Assembly (NCBI GenBank): GCA_963665125.2
Contig: CAXXUK010000001.1
Location: 3,072,001 to 3,136,000 of the forward strand
DNA: 64,000 bases
Direction: 5' to 3'
DNA from: an uncultured Desulfarculus sp.
GTDB lineage: Bacteria; Desulfobacterota; Desulfarculia; Desulfarculales; Desulfarculaceae
Shown here: positions 57,120-64,000 of the stretch, in pieces
How the letters are laid out: each line of letters starts with the position of its first letter
Numbering within the stretch: position 1 is the stretch's first letter
Notes under the pieces: model-generated
Seen by the model: only the letters and a program-made list of their open reading frames with translations
What the model was told of the DNA's origin: nothing
The model's database searches: none
Translations under genes and position numbers: made by a program

Positions 57120-58460
57120 ATGGCCGCTAAAGAGCAAATATACTCGAGGTATGTGGGCAAGCGCGGCACCAAGGAGCGGGTCACCAAGTGGGCTGACCTC
57201 CTGTCCGGCATGCTGTCTGTGGAGGGCAAGCCAGAGGCCCTGGAGGGCGTCCTGGTGCTTGATCTGAGCTACGCCAACTACTGCGGCGTGATCATGGCCA
57301 GCTTTTTCGCCGAGGCCGGAGCCGAGGTAATAAAGGTGGAGCCGCCCCAGGGCGACCCGGCCAGGCTGATGGCCCCCCATGGCGCCTCAAGGGACGGCGT
57401 GGGCAGCAACTACCTCATGGAAAGCCGCAACAAGCGGCACCTGAGCCTGGACCTGGAAACCGATACCGGCCGCGCCAACCTGCTCAAGCTGGCGGCCAAG
57501 GCCGATATCGTCATAGAGACCGGCGCGCCTGGCGAGCTGGATTCCATGGGAATCGGCTACCGCCAACTGCGCGAAATCAACCCGGGGCTGATCTATGTAG
57601 CCATCAGCCCCTACGGCCATTTCAGAGGCAAGGAGGGCAAATGGGGCCAGATGCCCTGGTCCGACCTCACCAGCCAGGCCGAGTCGGGCATGTCGGCGGT
57701 GATAGGCGGCCTGCCCACCGACCCCGAGCCCTACAACTGGCCCACCAGGGCCGGATTCTATGCGGCGGGCTATTCCACGGCCGTCGAGGCCGCTACCGGA
57801 GCCCTGGCCGCCTTGCTGTTCAGGAGCCGAACCGGCAAGGGACAAATGATAGACGTGGCTGCGGCCGACTCCTTTTCCTCCTGCGTCGGGGTGCCGCCGA
57901 CCTTTGGCTATGTCTGGAAAAAGTCGCGCATACGCTATGGCGCCCTGGACTACGGTCTGAGCCCCTACGGCTTCTTCAAATGCAAGGACTCGCACCTGGC
58001 AATCGCCTGTTTCCGCGACCAGGACTTCCGGGCCGCCATCAAGGTTCTGGGCCTATGGAAGATAGAAGAAGACTGGCGAACCATCCTGGACCGCATCACC
58101 GATGACTTTTCCCGGGTGCGCGAGCTCCAAGAGGATGTGGAAAACGCGGTGGCCAAGTTCACCTATGAAGAACTGTTTCAACGGTTCTCCAAATACGCCG
58201 GCAAGGTGGCCCGTTCCAAGTGGCGGGGCGGCGGTCTGCCGGTGACCACCAGGATGCTCACCCCGTCCGAGGCCGCCTCCCAAAAGCATTGGCAAAAGCG
58301 CGACGTGTTCGTGCAGGCCGAGCATGCCCGCTACGGCACCTTCACCCTGCCTCTGGCGGGCAAGATGTCCGACACTCCGCTACGGATCAAGTGGGTGTCG
58401 GTGGACGTGGGAGAGGACAACCAATACATATTCGATAAATACGGCCTGACGGAGTCATAA
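57120..58460 (+). CDS. Class III CoA-transferase, second subunit (catalytic Asp apparently absent)
   Basis: LEGVLVLDL, GAEVIKVEPP.GD, SRNKR, INPGLIY, GFYAAGY at the Asp position, RSRTGKGQ; ATG 57120. Confidence 0.9.
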   Translation: MAAKEQIYSRYVGKRGTKERVTKWADLLSGMLSVEGKPEALEGVLVLDLSYANYCGVIMASFFAEAGAEVIKVEPPQGDPARLMAPHGASRDGVGSNYLMESRNKRHLSLDLETDTGRANLLKLAAKADIVIETGAPGELDSMGIGYRQLREINPGLIYVAISPYGHFRGKEGKWGQMPWSDLTSQAESGMSAVIGGLPTDPEPYNWPTRAGFYAAGYSTAVEAATGALAALLFRSRTGKGQMIDVAAADSFSSCVGVPPTFGYVWKKSRIRYGALDYGLSPYGFFKCKDSHLAIACFRDQDFRAAIKVLGLWKIEEDWRTILDRITDDFSRVRELQEDVENAVAKFTYEELFQRFSKYAGKVARSKWRGGGLPVTTRMLTPSEAASQKHWQKRDVFVQAEHARYGTFTLPLAGKMSDTPLRIKWVSVDVGEDNQYIFDKYGLTES

Positions 58461-58524
58461 GACGCGTTTCAACTGAAAGGCCGCTGAAACCAGCGTCTTG
58501 AATCCAGGCGGACTGAAAGTTATA

Positions 58525-58558
58525 GAGCCCTCAAGGAGTTCGCTCCTTGAGGGCTTTT
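58525..58558 (+). terminator. Intrinsic terminator of the ABC/CoA-transferase operon
   Basis: GAGCCCTCAAGGAG-TTCG-CTCCTTGAGGGCTT-TT. Confidence 0.85.
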
Positions 58559-58674
58559 GCATTAACCCAACGCCTAACGCAACGTCCATAAGAAGGCCTG
58601 CGTCATTGTCTCGGCATACCCGGACTCGCTCCATCACAAGTCATCGCGCATACCGCCGAAAAATCAAACCCCGG

Positions 58675-59298
58675 TCAGTCCGCAAGAATATAACGCAGCA
58701 ACATGTCGGCGGTTTCGTCCATGAATCCTTCCCTGTCAAGCCCCTTGATGCCGTACAGGACAAAACGGTGGCAGAGCATCTCCAGGGTGTAGGCCACGAA
58801 CCTGGCCACTTCCCCGGTGGCTGCCTTGCGCAGGCCCGGCGTGCGCTCCAGCATGGCCGCCAGCCGCTCAACGGCGGCGGCTTCGTTGCGCATCAACTCT
58901 TGGGGCAGCATCACCGTGGGCGGAACCTGCTCGAACATCACCCTATGCAGTTCCGGCTCCATCTCATGCATACCCAGCATGGCCTCCACCAGGGCCCGGA
59001 CAAACACTTCGTCGACGCCCCCTCGCCCCAACCCCGCCAAACGCTTGGTTATGAACTCATAGCCCATGTCCATGTGGCGCTTCATCAGGGCATAGAGGAT
59101 CGCATCCTTGCCGGGGAAGTACTGATACAGCGAACCGATGGACACTCCGGCCCTCCGGGCGATGAGGTTGGTGTTGGCCCCGTTGTAGCCGCCCGACTCG
59201 AAAACCTGAGCAGCGGCTTCCAGGACCACCTCCACCGTGGCCTTTGAACGGCTCTGAACCGGTTGCTTGCGCGGCACCAGGCCTTTTTTGCGCGCCAT
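58675..59298 (-). CDS. TetR/AcrR family regulator
   Basis: PRKQPVQSRSKATV, IARRAGVSIGSLYQYFPGK; start at ATG 59298 (alternative 59343). Confidence 0.92.
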   Translation of the reverse strand: MARKKGLVPRKQPVQSRSKATVEVVLEAAAQVFESGGYNGANTNLIARRAGVSIGSLYQYFPGKDAILYALMKRHMDMGYEFITKRLAGLGRGGVDEVFVRALVEAMLGMHEMEPELHRVMFEQVPPTVMLPQELMRNEAAAVERLAAMLERTPGLRKAATGEVARFVAYTLEMLCHRFVLYGIKGLDREGFMDETADMLLRYILAD

Positions 59299-59328
59299 CC
59301 GCGGTGCTCCCAATGCGAGTTGGTAAAA

Positions 59329-59372
59329 CGAGCGATTACTCATATTATCAGCCTAGGCGAGTAAATGCTCAT
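59329..59372. promoter_or_regulatory. Two related operator boxes between divergent tetR and hydrolase genes
   Basis: CGAGCGATTACTCAT (59329-59343) and CGAGTAAATGCTCAT (59358-59372), both GAG-N6-CTC. Confidence 0.6.
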
Positions 59373-59399
59373 TTTTTGACGATGCCGAGGAGGTGAAAC

Positions 59400-60530
59400 A
59401 TGGCTTTCAAGGATTTCGTGCCCATGGAACACATGAATTTCCAGATGAACCGCGTGGCCTGTTATGGCGACATAGCCTGCCGCGAGGAAGACCTGTGGGA
59501 GATCGCGGCCGACATGCCGGAGTTCGACCCGCTGAACTGGTTCGAGCAGTGGAACAAGATCGCCATTCGGGCCGAGGACCAGGGCCGGACGATGCACGCG
59601 GCCTATTACCACCGCATGAGCGAGTTCTTTTTACACGGCGGCGACCCCCGCAAACTGCACGCGTATGAATCTTTCCAGCGTTGCTTTTACCAGGCCGTTG
59701 ACGCCTCGGCCTTCGAGCGGACCGAGGTGCCCTATGAAGGTTCTTCGCTGCCGATGCTCAAGCTAAAGGCGGCAAACGAAAAAGGCGTTTTGCTGCTGCA
59801 CGGCGGGTTTGACTCGTTTATCGAAGAATTTTACCCGGAAATGAAGCGCATGGCCGATTGCGGCTATTCCATGGTTATCTTCGAGGGGCCGGGCCAGGGC
59901 CGGGCCCTTAAACGGGGCCTCAAGATGACCTATGAGTGGGAGAGACCGGTGTCGGCGGTCCTGGATCACCTGGGCCTGGATCAAATCAACCTCATTGGCG
60001 TGAGTCTGGGCGGCTATCTGGCTCTGCGGGCGGCGGCGTTCGAACCGCGCATCCGGCGGGTGGTTGCATATGACATCATCTACGATTTTTTCGACGTGCT
60101 ACTGGCCAAGGTGCCCGTGGAGATGCGCGACCAGTTGCGCCGGATGATTGAGCAGGGCCAACAGGACGAGGTCAACGCCCTGATGCGGGCCGTGGGCCAG
60201 ACCAATGACGTGGTGGCCTGGGCCTTGGAGCACGGCATGTACATCTCGGGCACTGATTCGCCCTTTGGTTATTTGGAACATTTCATGAAATACAGCACCA
60301 AGGACATTTCAGGCCGCATCACCCAGGATGTTCTGCTGATGGCTGGTGAAAACGACCATCTGGTGCCGGTGGAGCTTTATCCCAAGCAAAAGGAGGCCCT
60401 CACCGCGGCCAGGTCGGTGACCGGCATGCTCTACGGCCAGGAAACGGGCATGGACCAGCACTGCCAGGTGGGCAACCCCCGCAAGGCCATCGACGATATC
60501 ATTGCCTGGCTGGAATCGTTCAAAGACTGA
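59400..60530 (+). CDS. Alpha/beta hydrolase (FrsA/DUF1100-like)
   Basis: HGGFDS, FEGPGQG, nucleophile GVSLGG, GENDH, HCQVGN. Confidence 0.9.
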   Translation: MAFKDFVPMEHMNFQMNRVACYGDIACREEDLWEIAADMPEFDPLNWFEQWNKIAIRAEDQGRTMHAAYYHRMSEFFLHGGDPRKLHAYESFQRCFYQAVDASAFERTEVPYEGSSLPMLKLKAANEKGVLLLHGGFDSFIEEFYPEMKRMADCGYSMVIFEGPGQGRALKRGLKMTYEWERPVSAVLDHLGLDQINLIGVSLGGYLALRAAAFEPRIRRVVAYDIIYDFFDVLLAKVPVEMRDQLRRMIEQGQQDEVNALMRAVGQTNDVVAWALEHGMYISGTDSPFGYLEHFMKYSTKDISGRITQDVLLMAGENDHLVPVELYPKQKEALTAARSVTGMLYGQETGMDQHCQVGNPRKAIDDIIAWLESFKD

Positions 60531-60552
60531 AAAAGCCGCTAATCCCTTTCAC

Positions 60553-60589
60553 GGCGGGCCTTGGCGTATGCTGGGCCCGCCTTTGTTTT
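60553..60589 (+). terminator. Intrinsic terminator
   Basis: GGCGGGCC...GGCCCGCC followed by TTTGTTTT. Confidence 0.75.
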
Positions 60590-60654
60590 CGGGCCGTAAC
60601 CAAGCCTGTTTTTTGATGCTTGACATCCGGGTCAGGGCCGTATATTTCTATTTC

Positions 60655-60685
60655 AATGAACATGTTCATTAATTGAACATGTTCA
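60655..60685. promoter_or_regulatory. Tandem perfect palindromes TGAACATGTTCA (probable TetR operator)
   Basis: AATGAACATGTTCATT at 60655-60670 and TGAACATGTTCA at 60674-60685, downstream of TTGACA at 60620. Confidence 0.8.
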
Positions 60686-60716
60686 TTTTAAACAAACCAC
60701 GCGAGTTTGAAATACC

Positions 60717-61367
60717 GTGACCCCCGAAAAAACCCCCATAGGCACCAGGCGGGCCGAACAAAAGGCCAAGACCCGTGAATTGATTCTCGAGAGCGCCACA
60801 GAGCTGTTCGACAAACTTGGATACGAAAAGACAACCATCAGGGCCGTGGCCAAGGGCGCGGGCGTGGGCCTGGGCACGGTGATGAGCCACTTCCCGGACA
60901 AGCGGTCCCTGTTGGTGGGCACGGTGCTGGATTTTTGGCAGGACACCGAGCAAAGGGTCTACAACTCTCTGCCCCAAAATACAAACATCAGGGATCTGTT
61001 TTTATTCATCACCACCGAGTTTTACAAGGCCTACGCAGCCAAGCCGGATCTTTCACGGACCTTGCTCAGAGAGCTTTCATTTGTAGAGGGCCAGTTGGCC
61101 GAAAGGCCTTGGGCCAAGGTTGATGAAATGCTCAAGCTGGCGACAATGATGGTGGAGCAAGGCAAACAGGCCGGTGAAATCCGCGCGGATGCCGACGCCA
61201 GCAGCGTGGGTCTGGCCCTGTTCGCCAATTACATGTTTGTGCTTCATATAGGTCTTTCCGAACCCGAGGTCAAAGTGAACAACATGGTCAACATGCTCAA
61301 AGCGCTAACCGACCAGCTTTATAAAGGCATCGGTGTCAACGCCGAAACTCCAACACCGGAGGAATAG
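60717..61367 (+). CDS. TetR/AcrR family regulator
   Basis: RRAEQKAKTRELIL, TTIRAVAKGAGVGLGTVMSHFPDK. Confidence 0.92.
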   Translation: MTPEKTPIGTRRAEQKAKTRELILESATELFDKLGYEKTTIRAVAKGAGVGLGTVMSHFPDKRSLLVGTVLDFWQDTEQRVYNSLPQNTNIRDLFLFITTEFYKAYAAKPDLSRTLLRELSFVEGQLAERPWAKVDEMLKLATMMVEQGKQAGEIRADADASSVGLALFANYMFVLHIGLSEPEVKVNNMVNMLKALTDQLYKGIGVNAETPTPEE

Positions 61368-61370
61368 CAA

Positions 61371-62558
<1,188 letters not shown>

Positions 62559-62770
62559 GGCCGGGCGCTTAAATCCAATAATCCAATTCAAGGGCCGTTC
62601 CTGTTTCGGAGCGGCCCTTGGCGTTTGTTTACGAGGCCTACAAGGCCATGCGCCGGATTGACAGAAAAAATCAGGGCGGCTAACATACCCAAAGCAGGAA
62701 ACGGGATAATCGCGGCAACCGGCCGCGTCCGGCGCCGATTCCGAACAACTCCTCACACAGGGGGCCCTTC

Positions 62771-63793
62771 ATGGATTTCAAAGCCGATTCCAAGCTGACC
62801 CATATCCTCAACCCCGACGAGCAACGCACCCCCAGGGACATCCCCAGCCAGGTCCGTTACGACCCGCTCACCGGCCGCACGGCGCGCATCTGCCACTTCA
62901 TGGAGCTAAAATGGCCCAAGCCCGATTTCGAGGCCATGATCCGCGGCAGCGAAAGCTATTGCCCATTTTGCCCGGACAAAATCATGGTGGTGACGCCGTT
63001 CTTCCCGGAAGACATCCTACCCGAAAGCCGTATGGTGCGGGGCAACAAGGTCCTCACGCCCAATATCGCCCCCTATGACGGGCTAAGCTGCGTGGCCGTT
63101 GTCAGCGACCGGCACTACATCCCCATGCTGGAGCTCACCCCGGAGCTGATCGCCGACAACCTCGCCATGTGCATGGAGTTTTTCCGCAAGGTCCACGACA
63201 CCGGGCATGAAGAGTCGGTGTACCATCTGGTCAACTGGAACTACATGCCGCCTTCGGGCTCGTCGCTGATCCACCCGCATTTGCAGGTCTTCATCACCAG
63301 CCACGAGCCAAACCTGATGCGCGAGGAAAACCGGGCCGCCGCCGCCTATGCCGAGAAAAACGGCTCTAACTATTGGCAGGATCTGATCAAGGAAGAACAG
63401 AGCCGGGGCGAGCGCTTCCTGGGCCGCATCGGACGCACGGCCTGGATGATGAGCTACGCGCCCTTGGGCGTGGCCGGGGACGTGGTGGCCGTGGTGGAAG
63501 GGGCCCATTGCACCATGGACCTCACCGAACAGGACCTCAAAGACCTGGCCCTGGGCCTGAGCAAGGCCATGGCCGGTTACGACCGCATGGGCATCTACAG
63601 CTTCAACATGAATTTCTTCACCGGCAAGATCGGCGAACAAAGCGCGGGCTTCCACGCCGTGTTCTCGCCCCGGGCCTATTTCAACCAGGCCCTGGGCACC
63701 GCCGACGTCGGGGCCCTGCGCAATCTCTACAACGAGTCGATCTGCATGTCATATCCGGAGATGATCGCCGACTGGCTGCGCCCTGATTTCTAG
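62771..63793 (+). CDS. GalT-like (HIT superfamily) nucleotidyltransferase
   Basis: RYDPLTG, CPFC, NWNYMPPSGSSLIHPHLQ (HxHxQ). Confidence 0.85.
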   Translation: MDFKADSKLTHILNPDEQRTPRDIPSQVRYDPLTGRTARICHFMELKWPKPDFEAMIRGSESYCPFCPDKIMVVTPFFPEDILPESRMVRGNKVLTPNIAPYDGLSCVAVVSDRHYIPMLELTPELIADNLAMCMEFFRKVHDTGHEESVYHLVNWNYMPPSGSSLIHPHLQVFITSHEPNLMREENRAAAAYAEKNGSNYWQDLIKEEQSRGERFLGRIGRTAWMMSYAPLGVAGDVVAVVEGAHCTMDLTEQDLKDLALGLSKAMAGYDRMGIYSFNMNFFTGKIGEQSAGFHAVFSPRAYFNQALGTADVGALRNLYNESICMSYPEMIADWLRPDF

Positions 63794-63805
63794 CCGCCTC
63801 GCCGC

Positions 63806-63851
63806 AAAAAAAATCGCCCCCGCAGCATCAAGCTCGGGGGCTGATTATTTT
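63806..63851. terminator. Bidirectional terminator between the GalT-like gene and tRNA
   Basis: A8, GCCCCCG...CGGGGGC stem, then ATTATTTT. Confidence 0.65.
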
Positions 63852-63925
63852 AATGTCGCCTGACCGCCCGTTTGGCGGGCAGCCGCCCCCAGGCCAACCG
63901 GACTTTGGGACACCCGGCAATTTTT

Positions 63926-64000
63926 TGGTGCGAGAGGGGGGACTCGAACCCCCACCCCGAAGGACTGGATCCTAAGTCCAGCGCGTCTACCAATTCCGCC
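63926..64000 (-). tRNA. tRNA-Leu(TAG), 5' end cut by the window edge
   Basis: Minus strand GGCGGAATTGGTAGACGCG-CTGGA-CTTAGGA-TCCAG-variable arm-GGGGG-TTCGAGT-CCCCC-CTCTCGC-ACCA. Confidence 0.96.

Noticed and set aside
58471..58521. CTGAAAG...GAAAC as a hammerhead ribozyme core
   Set aside because: Does not match CUGANGA, and the three-stem topology could not be built.

Overview
GC-rich chromosomal segment of an anaerobic sulfate-reducing deltaproteobacterium (Desulfobacterota; the lineage is inferred from sat, a DsrP-like gene and overall gene content). It is mostly housekeeping and metabolic genes: nifS (cut by the left edge), nifU, a methylmalonyl-CoA epimerase-like gene, sat, queD, envelope and signalling genes, a MarR plus stand-alone molybdopterin oxidoreductase unit, CIRCE-groES-groEL, catalase, an M16 peptidase, and a probable acyl/aryl-CoA catabolic neighbourhood (PaaK-like ligase, FadH-like reductase, LIV-type ABC transporter, paired class III CoA-transferases, TetR and hydrolase genes). 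The right end has a TetR plus solitary dsrP-like gene, a GalT-like gene and tRNA-Leu(TAG), which is cut by the window edge. No CRISPR array, integrase, transposase or prophage gene is visible. The most unusual signals are non-coding. (1) An AT-rich islet after groEL reads promoter, then four 8-nt tandem repeats, then a G-U-rich UUCG hairpin, then a NYN/PIN ribonuclease gene, next to a decayed tRNA-Arg 3' half. It is a candidate RNA-antitoxin or defence module. (2) A sigma54-type promoter drives a candidate ~85-nt CU-rich sRNA with an anti-SD loop. (3) A ~290-bp multi-hairpin element with inverted ends, plus a small MITE-like family. All product calls come from motif recognition by eye; no database search was run.
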